This document shows positions 17,435 through 26,139 of a DNA stretch of 38,912 bases, in pieces. Position 1 is the stretch's first letter; each line of letters begins with the position of its first letter. This DNA comes from Candidatus Thorarchaeota archaeon. Lineage in GTDB: Archaea > Asgardarchaeota > Thorarchaeia > Thorarchaeales > Thorarchaeaceae. Both the position numbers and the translations under genes were made by a program. Location of the stretch: the NCBI GenBank assembly GCA_048882045.1, contig JBHLRZ010000033.1:1-38912 (forward strand), given 5' to 3'. The notes beneath the pieces were generated by a model, which made no database searches, was not told where the DNA came from, and saw only the letters and a list, made by a program, of their open reading frames with translations.

Positions 17435-18620
17435 TCAAATGATGTAGAAGAATCAACCCTCTCTTGAAATCAAGGTCTGTCAGTGGTGCCTCTGGAGAGC
17501 TTTTTGCCTTGCATGCAAGTAGGAGCAATAAGGCCACAAGTCGCGGTACTAGACGAGAATACTGGAGCAGGAAGTCCTTGTTTCCTGTCGAATCTACGAC
17601 TAAGCCTTCTAATCTCCTTGTTAGAAGCTGTATTCTTTCCTCGACACCTTCGTCTAGCTTAAGACCTTGAAAGATCTTAACGGCTTCAGAATCATTCTGG
17701 AGAAAGTCTGAGGAAACACCGATTTTTTCAAACATCTTGAGTGCAGCTAGAATAGTTGATTCATAATGCTCCTCTTCGAGCCGCTTGATTCCAAGATTGA
17801 CAGCTTGGATTTGCCCCAGTAAACGGAGGGAGTTTGTCAAGATTGTTCTTGACGCACCTGAGGTTGATGGAGCCATTTCTGCTAGATGTTCACCATGTAT
17901 CTTTTCAAGTCGAGCTGCAACAGATGCGTTGAGTTTCTTGTCAAAAGCAGGTGAAAAACCGATGCTTGCGGCCTTGGGCAAGAGAGAATGAGTTCCTATC
18001 CTTCGTATCACAGTAAGAGTCGTGTAGTCTTCAATGGGGATATAGAAGAGAAGGATCCGAACAATATCATACCCAGTTTCAAAGTCGCCCTCCGTGGTGA
18101 CATTGCGGCCCTGTGCCTTACACGAGAAAGCACTGAGGAGAATCCACGAAGAGAGTAGATCTTCTCTGAGCTCACTTCGAGATCTAGAATCTGACAACTC
18201 GTGCTCCTCAAGAAATCGTGAGAGCTTGTCCGCAGCGACCGTTGCTCTCTGGAGAGTTGGACCACCTAGTTGGATGTTGGCAATCGACTTGATGAATTCT
18301 CGCGGTTCACGTGATGGTGGTCGGAGAATAAAACCAGGGTCCTTTCTTGACATCAACCACCATTTCGAGGATGATGTGAAATAGTCTAGAACATCGATTG
18401 CGACTGTAGCATCTGAGAGGGTAGCAACCTCTCTTCCGTCGAGATATGCCACCAGTCGAGTGATCAGTCGTACAAATCTCGTAAGGTGATTAGACATCTT
18501 CCTACCTGCAAATTGACTATCAGTAAATCGAGATACTACTGTTTCAATCTGTTTTGTGATAGAATTCTCTAGACGTGTGTGTGACAAACCTCTGTAAACA
18601 TCTACGGGAGTCCTAGACAA
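17424..18620 (-). CDS. Hypothetical all-helical protein with four internal AAA-lid-like repeats
   Basis: 398-aa ORF; recurring helix-(G)R/K-x-V/L-xxx-D-helix motif four times. Confidence 0.7.
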   Translation of the reverse strand: MSRTPVDVYRGLSHTRLENSITKQIETVVSRFTDSQFAGRKMSNHLTRFVRLITRLVAYLDGREVATLSDATVAIDVLDYFTSSSKWWLMSRKDPGFILRPPSREPREFIKSIANIQLGGPTLQRATVAADKLSRFLEEHELSDSRSRSELREDLLSSWILLSAFSCKAQGRNVTTEGDFETGYDIVRILLFYIPIEDYTTLTVIRRIGTHSLLPKAASIGFSPAFDKKLNASVAARLEKIHGEHLAEMAPSTSGASRTILTNSLRLLGQIQAVNLGIKRLEEEHYESTILAALKMFEKIGVSSDFLQNDSEAVKIFQGLKLDEGVEERIQLLTRRLEGLVVDSTGNKDFLLQYSRLVPRLVALLLLLACKAKSSPEAPLTDLDFKRGLILLHHLISG

Positions 18621-18691
18621 GGCCCTTTATTCTCCTGATGTATCAAAGCTCTGGTTTTGATATTTAAAAGACTGGATTACATGTGAGAGGA

Positions 18692-19459
18692 CTATTTGCC
18701 ATAACGACGCGACCTCTCCTCATACGAACGTATGGCGCGCCAGATGTCAATACGCCTGACTGCTGGCCAGTATATCTGTGCAAAATAAAGTTCAGAATAT
18801 GCAGACTGCCATAAGAGGAAACCTGAGAGTCGTTCTTCACCTGATGTTCTGATTATCAGATCAGGATCAGGTACTCCGTTGGTGTAGAGATGTCCTTCAA
18901 TTATATCTTCGTCAATCTGTTCAGAACTCATCTCACCAGCCTCTATTTTCTCACCAATGGCTTTCACAGCATCAACAAGTTCTGCACGACCTGAATATCC
19001 TATGGCAACATTGAGGATGTGGTCCCTGTAATCCTTGGTTTCTTCCTCAGCAGCCTTGATTGCGAGTTGGACTTTCTCTGGGAGTAAATCAACCCGACCA
19101 ATCGCCCTGATACAGACCTTGTGACGATGGACATCTGGATTATCAACAACCTCCGTAAACTTTTCTTCTGCAAGCGCCATGATTTCGTCTACTTCATCCT
19201 TATTTCTCTGGAAGTTCTCAATAGAGAAGGCATACAATGTACACACCTTGACATTAGCTTCCCAGAGAATTCGGAGGACTTCCATGACCTTTGCGGCACC
19301 CTTTTGATGTCCAAACCAAGGAACGTCCAATCCATGTTTTCGTGCATAACGACGGTTTCCGTCAAGAATCACACCGACATGTCGAGGCGCCAGATCTTTG
19401 TCCAACTGCCGGTGTAGGAAGTATTCGTATAGCCTATACATAGGACCGGACAAGTTCAT
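18692..19459 (-). CDS. uppS: cis-prenyltransferase (polyprenyl diphosphate synthase)
   Basis: ILDGNRRYA, YAFSIENF, DLIIRTSGEERLSGFLLWQ. Confidence 0.96.
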   Translation of the reverse strand: MNLSGPMYRLYEYFLHRQLDKDLAPRHVGVILDGNRRYARKHGLDVPWFGHQKGAAKVMEVLRILWEANVKVCTLYAFSIENFQRNKDEVDEIMALAEEKFTEVVDNPDVHRHKVCIRAIGRVDLLPEKVQLAIKAAEEETKDYRDHILNVAIGYSGRAELVDAVKAIGEKIEAGEMSSEQIDEDIIEGHLYTNGVPDPDLIIRTSGEERLSGFLLWQSAYSELYFAQIYWPAVRRIDIWRAIRSYEERSRRYGK

Positions 19460-19531
19460 TCTGACACCCTCTGAACGAGGAGATTGTGAAAATGTTCTCT
19501 TATTAGAGTTGATGTTAAGACGACAGATGTA

Positions 19532-19903
19532 CTAGATCATTGTTGATACTTTCTCAGCAGCACGTTTCATGTCCAGAAATATGAGACCTAGTTTCGCGTT
19601 CGCTGTGGTGGAAACGGTGAGACACGCGTTCATTCCGGCTTGAACAACTAGAAGCCACCCGTCTACACCCTTAATGTTGACCTGCTCCAAATTGCCCTTT
19701 CCTAGCTCAATTGCGGCCTTCTCACCTAGAGTCAACATTGCGGCAGTCATAGCAGCGACCTTTGCCTCATCAACATCTGTTGGAAGAGCTGATACAATCG
19801 GTAGTCCTTCAACGCTCACTATGGCACATGCCTCTATCTCGGGAATGCTTCCCTGCAGTTCGTTCAGAACGCCTTCGAGTGTATTTTCGCGGGATTCTCC
19901 CAT
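19532..19903 (-). CDS. Roadblock/LC7 (MglB-like) protein
   Basis: AIVSVEGLPIVS, VAAMTAAML, AKLGLIFLDMKR. Confidence 0.92.
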   Translation of the reverse strand: MGESRENTLEGVLNELQGSIPEIEACAIVSVEGLPIVSALPTDVDEAKVAAMTAAMLTLGEKAAIELGKGNLEQVNIKGVDGWLLVVQAGMNACLTVSTTANAKLGLIFLDMKRAAEKVSTMI

Positions 19904-19915
19904 TGGCCTCACCTG

Positions 19916-20488
19916 TTATTTGTACATTCTTTTCAGAATAACTTCCCTTGCTATAGCTTGGAAAGCTCTCTTAACTCCTACGCCTTGGACGGCAATTGTT
20001 TCATAGATGGGCACATTCCCACCTAGACCAAGAAGGTCGAGCATCTCATCACGTGACATCCTGTTGGGGAGGTCTCGCTTGTTCAGCATAACCACTATTG
20101 GAATTTCACGACCGAGTGCATCGCCAAGAAACAACTTCAATTCTTCAAAGCTCTCTGTGTTCTCATCACGTTGATCTGGTGAAGAGTCAGCCACAAAGAG
20201 AATTCCATCGGTACCCTGAAGAACTACCTTCCTCTGATGTCTATGCCTCTTCTGTCCTGCCACGGTAAATACGTCAAACAGAACCCGACCTCCAGCAGAC
20301 ATTGGGACATAGTCAAAGAACAACGTACGATTGGTTTCATCCTCGATAGCAGTGAACTCACCTTTCTGTAGCCCTTCTACTTTTCCGTAAAGCCAACGGA
20401 GTGCGGTTGTCTTACCGCCCAGGGACGGGCCATAGAATACCAATTTGAGATGAATTCGTCCCTTGTCGTCTTTTCGAATTGTAAACAC
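19916..20488 (-). CDS. MglA-like small GTPase
   Basis: GPSLGGKTT, RTLFFD, FTVAGQ, FVADS, NKRD. Confidence 0.93.
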   Translation of the reverse strand: MFTIRKDDKGRIHLKLVFYGPSLGGKTTALRWLYGKVEGLQKGEFTAIEDETNRTLFFDYVPMSAGGRVLFDVFTVAGQKRHRHQRKVVLQGTDGILFVADSSPDQRDENTESFEELKLFLGDALGREIPIVVMLNKRDLPNRMSRDEMLDLLGLGGNVPIYETIAVQGVGVKRAFQAIAREVILKRMYK

Positions 20489-20733
20489 CTCATTGTGTCA
20501 CTGCAGAGGTCCCTGTGATGGGATGTTGATTGAAAAGAAAGTTCAGTCTAATAAAAGCCTTTGTGGCACGGGAAGGTGTTTTCGGAAGGCTTCGTTGATA
20601 GATTGGACTTGTCATTTCAATATGCACTGCATGGTAGCACTGCCAGACGCAATACAACTGTATGTGTTATGATTGAACTCATACGCGCTCAAGTTCAAGC
20701 TGGATTTGCAATCTTCGTATAATGGATTCATAA

Positions 20734-20994
20734 CTATGCTTTACCACTTTGACGCTTGATGTTGCTTCTGTGATAGGCGATAATCACAATTACTCCAAGC
20801 ATCGTTAGTCCAACTTCTGGTAAGGGCAATCTCAGACCATAGACTGCAACCCATTTATTTAGATAGTAACATCGAAAGTAGCCAGAGAGATCAAACCCCG
20901 AACCAGATTCACATCCGTTTATTTGGAAATACGCAATTGATTCGTTTCCTTTGTAAAAGAGGGCTGGGTGTTGTTCTGATAAGAACTGATAGCA
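20734..20994 (-). pseudogene. 5'-truncated gene fragment encoding a C-terminally membrane-anchored protein
   Basis: 87-codon open frame with no plausible start (CYQFLSEQHPALFY...GLTMLGVIVIIAYHRSNIKRQSGKA*), beginning 5 nt from boundary motif copy 4. Confidence 0.55.
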
Positions 20995-20999
20995 TCAGA

Positions 21000-21011
21000 A
21001 CAGTCCATAAT
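21000..21011 (-). repeat. Boundary motif copy 4 (core ATTATGGACTGT, reverse orientation)
   Basis: ACAGTCCATAAT is an exact 12-nt reverse complement of the core. Confidence 0.65.
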
Positions 21012-21026
21012 GCTGAAAGTTTTACA

Positions 21027-21842
21027 CTACGGGTTCAATGCACTCATAATTAACCAATATCGCTTTGCATGGTGGCACTTGATATCAGCAAATCCAGCAT
21101 TTTCAAGATAGGCAGTAAGTGAATCTCCAGTGAAGTACTTGAGCCCGCCCGTTCGGGTTTCTCTAGCAGCTAGTTTCCTACCTATTCTTCCCGTAGGTGC
21201 AAGTGCTGCAGCAACTGTGAAACGCCCGTTAGTCTTGAGCATCCGACGCAAATTATTGAGAAGGTCTGGCAGAAAATCTCCAAAGAGGTGAAGTGCTCCG
21301 CAGCAGTTTATGTTGTTGAACTCATCATCTAGAAAAGGTAAGTTGTTCACATTGGCGTGAATGAATTGGACATTTTTCTGTCCTTTTTTCCTTGCTTGTT
21401 TGCTTGCATTCTTCAACATAGGCAGGGAAAGATCAACTCCAATGACGAATCCAGAATCAACCTTTTCTGAGAGTGGAATTGAATAAGTACCAGGACCACA
21501 AGCTAAGTCTAGAATCGACTCATGTCCAGTTAGGTCCATCGCATCTGTGATTGTCTTGAATTCCTTGGAGAAAGAGATACCGAACATTGTGCCTAGCACA
21601 CGACCCTTCCGCCAGAGTCTGCTGTTGTAGATTCTCGCAACCCAGCCCCATTTCATTGGATTTGAACCAGAAATCATTCCTGGCGACGCTTCTCCAGGCA
21701 ACAGATCAAGAAATCCTTGGCTTACAGGGAAGACCGTACCGCAATTACCACACTGGACGTCTTCATCAAGATCACCCAGCTTTAGTGTGTTTGATTTACA
21801 CGCAGGGCAAGTCAGTTTCATGTCATATAACACAGTAGTCAT
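21027..21842 (-). CDS. Class I SAM-dependent methyltransferase with N-terminal Zn ribbon
   Basis: CPAC..CGNC, ILDLACGPG, GVDLS, LPF, CCGALH; GGTGA Shine-Dalgarno before ATG at 21842. Confidence 0.9.
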   Translation of the reverse strand: MTTVLYDMKLTCPACKSNTLKLGDLDEDVQCGNCGTVFPVSQGFLDLLPGEASPGMISGSNPMKWGWVARIYNSRLWRKGRVLGTMFGISFSKEFKTITDAMDLTGHESILDLACGPGTYSIPLSEKVDSGFVIGVDLSLPMLKNASKQARKKGQKNVQFIHANVNNLPFLDDEFNNINCCGALHLFGDFLPDLLNNLRRMLKTNGRFTVAAALAPTGRIGRKLAARETRTGGLKYFTGDSLTAYLENAGFADIKCHHAKRYWLIMSALNP

Positions 21843-21862
21843 CTTGTTCACCAGATGTGTCA

Positions 21863-21912
21863 TTAAAAGTGAGCCACACTCACTTTTAAATATTGAGTTC
21901 GGCTCACTTTTT
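21863..21912. promoter_or_regulatory. Tandem TetR-type operators
   Basis: Perfect inverted repeat TTAAAAGTGAG-N5-CTCACTTTTAA (21863-21889) and a second TGAG-N5-CTCACTTTT (21894-21911), between the divergent methyltransferase and TetR genes. Confidence 0.8.
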
Positions 21913-21969
21913 AGGTGGCTTGTATAAATGCATCGTGAGGATCCATAATATCTCAAGGAGTAAAACGTC

Positions 21970-22593
21970 ATGTCCGGTTCAACGAAACGCACCTACAACA
22001 AGCAACAGAAAGAGAAAGCGATTCAGGACACTACGGTTGATTTGCTATTAAAACGGGGCTATCCAAACCTTACTACAAAGGAGATTGCAGAGAAAGCAGG
22101 AGTTGCTATAGGTCTTCTCTACAAGTACTTTCCAGCAGGCAAGGTTGAGATAATAAAGCGCATTGCTGAAGGAGTCGCTGAAGGGGCTATTGACAGGGTG
22201 AAACTGAATAGTGAACACTTTGACATTCCAGATGACATTGACATCCGCGAATTTATGCGAAGTTCCATGTTAAAGACTGTTGAATTTCACAGACAAGACA
22301 AGGCCATGATTATAGCTATCGAAATGGCATATCTATCGGATCCTGAGGTTTTTGGTTATCATGCATTAGACAACTATATGAATTACATCAACCTTGCATC
22401 ACGAATGTTTATCAAACTCACAGCTGAGCGGCTAGGTAAGAAAATCGATGAGAACTTTGCGAAATTTGTGATTGACATTGTTGACGCTGCAATCCATCGT
22501 CATATACTCCTCATTCCGAGTGCCCCCACTGATGAAGAATTCGCTAACGCTTTAGCTGACTTGGTTCTCAATCTTTTATCCAGTCAGCAGTAG
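21970..22593 (+). CDS. TetR/AcrR-family transcriptional regulator
   Basis: GYPNLTTKEIAEKAGVAIGLLYKYFP helix-turn-helix. Confidence 0.93.
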   Translation: MSGSTKRTYNKQQKEKAIQDTTVDLLLKRGYPNLTTKEIAEKAGVAIGLLYKYFPAGKVEIIKRIAEGVAEGAIDRVKLNSEHFDIPDDIDIREFMRSSMLKTVEFHRQDKAMIIAIEMAYLSDPEVFGYHALDNYMNYINLASRMFIKLTAERLGKKIDENFAKFVIDIVDAAIHRHILLIPSAPTDEEFANALADLVLNLLSSQQ

Positions 22594-22795
22594 AGGAGAT
22601 TGGCAAGGGTTTGAAGATTTTTTCCCCCTCTCTCATTTTTCCATATTGCCTACAATAGTCGTCTGCACTCTATTGTCTACCTATGTTGATGCATTTAGGG
22701 ATGTAGTATTAATTACAAATAGCATTATCCACTTCTCTATCGAGGAGCGGTTGTTCGGGCGAGTCTTAGAGTGCGAGTTGCGGTAGAAGTTAGGC

Positions 22796-23260
22796 TTAGA
22801 CTCTTTCAAGTTCTGCAAGTGCTGACTTGAGGTCCTCCTCATCTAGCTCACTCTCCTTTGGAGAGAGTGGTTCGACTGCAAGGAACTTGTCAAGTTCATC
22901 GGCTAATTGCACGCCTTGCTTCTTCATCACAAGCCGGATCAGACCAATGTTTACCTCTGCCTCAGACACTACACAGAGTACACCTTTCCCACAGGCTGAG
23001 GCGAAGATTTTGCCCTCTGAGAACTCAGAAGTGACTATCTCAAGCTCCCCGATCTGCAGGTTCTTGCCCTGCTCCTCACTTGCACAGAAGACCGCACTGG
23101 CTATCGCTCCGATGCTATCTACGTCGACAGGATAGTAACTCAGCTTACTAACGTTGGCTATCGTTAGACCAGTCTTGTCTACAAGAATTACCTTCTTGAT
23201 ACCTTTGTCTTGTCTAATGATCTCGGTCAATATCTTGTCGAAGGCTTTTGGATCACTCAT
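22796..23260 (-). CDS. Roadblock/LC7 protein with acidic C-terminal tail
   Basis: ILVDKTGLTIA, IGAIASAVF, VNIGLIRL. Confidence 0.9.
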   Translation of the reverse strand: MSDPKAFDKILTEIIRQDKGIKKVILVDKTGLTIANVSKLSYYPVDVDSIGAIASAVFCASEEQGKNLQIGELEIVTSEFSEGKIFASACGKGVLCVVSEAEVNIGLIRLVMKKQGVQLADELDKFLAVEPLSPKESELDEEDLKSALAELERV

Positions 23261-23278
23261 TTCCAGTACACCTCATTC

Positions 23279-23581
23279 TCATTCATTATTCTTGAGCACG
23301 ACCAATATGAGGTCCTCGCTCACGTCCGGTGCGATGTTGATCTGACCCTTGGTTGTATCAAGAGTCAGAAATGACAGTGACCCCTCTCGAAGTTCACGCA
23401 CCGCATCCAGTGCTTTCCCAACGAGGGAGGTGATTATGGCAGCGACGTTCTCTGTAGTTTCAGGGTCTAGATCGCTGCTAAGCGGCAGACCGTCCATATT
23501 AGTCACAACAACTCCTCGTACTCCTTCCTGTTCTTTTATCTTGGAAAGAATCCCTTGAAGTTTTTCTTGACTAATTGTCAA
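23279..23581 (-). CDS. Roadblock/LC7 protein (TTG start)
   Basis: GVRGVVVTNMDGLPLSS, AAIITSLV; GAGGA Shine-Dalgarno before TTG at 23581. Confidence 0.88.
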   Translation of the reverse strand: MTISQEKLQGILSKIKEQEGVRGVVVTNMDGLPLSSDLDPETTENVAAIITSLVGKALDAVRELREGSLSFLTLDTTKGQINIAPDVSEDLILVVLKNNE

Positions 23582-23773
23582 CTTGCAGTATCCTCGCTGC
23601 GTCAACTGTTCGTTAACATTTACGCCGCAGTTGACTATTTTAGACTTGTGGAGATATGTTACCATCCCACGAGCACCAAATGCGCATTCCATGAATATTT
23701 GGTGTTGTGTTACATGAAAAAATAGGTTTGACCGTGCTAAAATTAACACGGCCATTGATTTCAATATCTAGAG

Positions 23774-25402
23774 CTATTCGTCGTCCTCGTCTTCTTCCTC
23801 AAAGAGCTTCTTCGAACTCCTCTTCATCTGAGCAAGACTTCCGGTGAAAGCCTTGTCTGCAGCTCCTGAAGGGGCTGATGCAGGAGCAGCTTCAAGCATC
23901 TCTTCCTGACGGACAATCTCCTCTTCTTCCATGTTTAGGACATTGTCGGTCTTGTCAAGCATTGCTTGTACGGCTTTCGGGGCTCCTTTTGCCTTTGTTT
24001 TCAGAGCTTTCCTGAAGGATGCGATTCGCTTGCGACCTCCCTCTCTGTCCCCGCGGAAAGATTCCTCACCAGCTTTCTGAGTCACAAATGTAGCTCCGAC
24101 AGTGGGGTCAAGAGTTTCTAGGATTTCTTCTTCCTTCTTTGAAACTTTGAGTTTTGTAGTAACAGCTCGCACTCTTCTGGCGCCTTCCTCGTCAGTGTAG
24201 GAAACTTGGACCTGTATGGGAACTTCTGCTTCTTTGATCTCCTTTTCTGGTTCAACCTCGAAGTAGAGCTCGTGGTCTTCTCCAACCACACCAATCTTAC
24301 TCTCGCTCTTCTTCTTTAGCTGGTCCACAACTGCTCGAGAAACTCCAGAAGCATCCTTGACCTTTACACCAGGCGGTGTAACTAAGCGAACCTCTACATC
24401 TCGACCAAGGAGTGATGCTCCTGCGAGTTCTGAGAGACTTCTGTCAAGCTCATTGGGAGTGACATAGTACATCTGACCGCCTGTTGCCTCAGGTAGGAGT
24501 CCTAGCGTCTGAAGTTCCATACCTGCACCTGAAGCGATACCCACAACATCGACGGCAGTACCGAGTTCCATGAACATCTTTCCTAGATCTTCATAGTATT
24601 GACTTGCTGGTGTCACCTGATATCCTTCAAGGGCGCCAATCCCCTCGTTTGCCAGACCATCAGTAAGAAGAACTACGCGGCCAACATTACGATGCTTAGC
24701 AATAACATATGCCATACCTACTGCAGGCCCAAGGGCAGTTCCACCTTGGTCGCGAAGGGCCTGTACATGCTTCTTCAGTTTGTCCTTGTTCTTACCCACA
24801 CCTATCAGCTTGATGTTGTCAAGGAGATTCTTTGTGGAGTCCATGATTTCATTTAGACTTGCAAAAGAATCTCTGGGAAGCTCCACTGGGGCACCATTCT
24901 CAAGATTCCTGGCGACAACTGAACTCTCGAACTCTATAAGTCCAAACATGGTTTCAGGTGCGTTTGCAGCAAGACTGTCAATGGATGTGTTTAGACTACG
25001 TTTCACAGCAGCCAAGTTTGCGCCTGCCATTGATCCTGAAACATCAATAAGTCCAAGGAAGGACCTTCCACCAATGGCAATTGCTTCAGTAGCTTCATTC
25101 GGATCAGGAGGTGCCTCTACGACGAAATCAGTGTCTTCGCCAGCAACGACCACCTCACCTTCTATCACATTGAGGGTTCCACAGAATGGACAAACAAAGT
25201 GTCGGCCCACCTTTGGATCCTCTTCGATTTGGTCCACACTAAGAAGGAAACCATTGCAATTGTGACATGCTATTGGTTTTCCTACAATTTTAGTTGTCTC
25301 ATGCGCTAGATGACCAAATTCTACACGCAAGACGTAAGGAATGTCGCTCAGTACTTTCTTTGACGCTGGAAAAGATTCCGAGCTAGTTCTCAGCATAGGC
25401 AT
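23774..25402 (-). CDS. Sec23/Sec24-like protein (Zn finger + vWA + beta-sandwich + helical tail)
   Basis: CHNC...FVCPFCGTLN Zn finger; DVSGSM, GGTALGPA, LLTDG, ATGG vWA motifs; IQVQVSYTDEEGARRVRAVT beta-sandwich. Confidence 0.85.
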   Translation of the reverse strand: MPMLRTSSESFPASKKVLSDIPYVLRVEFGHLAHETTKIVGKPIACHNCNGFLLSVDQIEEDPKVGRHFVCPFCGTLNVIEGEVVVAGEDTDFVVEAPPDPNEATEAIAIGGRSFLGLIDVSGSMAGANLAAVKRSLNTSIDSLAANAPETMFGLIEFESSVVARNLENGAPVELPRDSFASLNEIMDSTKNLLDNIKLIGVGKNKDKLKKHVQALRDQGGTALGPAVGMAYVIAKHRNVGRVVLLTDGLANEGIGALEGYQVTPASQYYEDLGKMFMELGTAVDVVGIASGAGMELQTLGLLPEATGGQMYYVTPNELDRSLSELAGASLLGRDVEVRLVTPPGVKVKDASGVSRAVVDQLKKKSESKIGVVGEDHELYFEVEPEKEIKEAEVPIQVQVSYTDEEGARRVRAVTTKLKVSKKEEEILETLDPTVGATFVTQKAGEESFRGDREGGRKRIASFRKALKTKAKGAPKAVQAMLDKTDNVLNMEEEEIVRQEEMLEAAPASAPSGAADKAFTGSLAQMKRSSKKLFEEEDEDDE

Positions 25403-25575
25403 TCAATATGCGCCTCCAAAATTTATGGCCTGACCTTTGCGTGAGTGGTTTTAAGTGTTGACAGGCTCAAGTTCAGGCTCGAAAAGAGCAGAATGGACCG
25501 ACGCGTAAGATATTTACGGCAAGTGGTCGGAACTGGTGGATAGTCTATTCTGGCCTCTTGGGAGGAAAATTACAG

Positions 25576-25941
25576 ATGGTGGATCAAGCAAAGATTGAAC
25601 AAGTTGTACAAGACACGATGGCAGCCAATGCAGATTTGGAAGGGATTGTCATCTGCGATGCCAAAGGAAAGGTCCTATTCGGGCATACGATCAGCGGAGG
25701 GACAAAGCATTCTGATGTTGCGGACCTTGCAGTGAAGATAGCCGCCAACTCCTCTCAGCTTGCTGCGGGTTTGGACAAGGGAGGCCTAAAGGAAGTCAGT
25801 ATTGCTTCAGATAATGGATTTGTTATCATCCTTGGAGATGTCAAGATTGTCCTTGCAGGAATTGCAGGTGAAGGTGCAAGAGAATCACTTGGACTTCTGA
25901 GAATGGCGCTTCGACGAGCATTGTTGTCGATAGTTGGATAG
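25576..25941 (+). CDS. Roadblock/profilin-like fold protein
   Basis: GIVICDAKGKVL, LKEVSI, SLGLLRMALRR. Confidence 0.8.
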   Translation: MVDQAKIEQVVQDTMAANADLEGIVICDAKGKVLFGHTISGGTKHSDVADLAVKIAANSSQLAAGLDKGGLKEVSIASDNGFVIILGDVKIVLAGIAGEGARESLGLLRMALRRALLSIVG

Positions 25942-25979
25942 TACGCGCCCAAACACGTCAACAGAGTTACACTTTTCAA

Positions 25980-26117
25980 TACAGTAGATGATGCCCTGTT
26001 GGTCTGAATACGTTACCCAGACATAGCTGGGGTATTACCAGTGTCATACCAACCGTATTTAGGCCTGTGTAAAATGAGAATAACACACTCGGTCACGCCA
26101 GAACTAATCTGACTGTA
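25980..26117 (+). ncRNA. Candidate long box C/D guide sRNA
   Basis: Terminal stem TACAG/CTGTA, C box ATGATG (25988), D' CTGA (26004), D CTGA (26109), structured insert between them. Confidence 0.6.
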
Positions 26118-26139
26118 ACTTATCGGAAGGGAATGGGAC

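Noticed and set aside
21843-21992. N-terminal extension of the methyltransferase ORF in the track
   Set aside because: It overlaps the TetR gene and operators; a Shine-Dalgarno supports the start at 21842.
23582-23764. N-terminal extension of the roadblock ORF
   Set aside because: No domain-like character; Shine-Dalgarno plus TTG at 23581.
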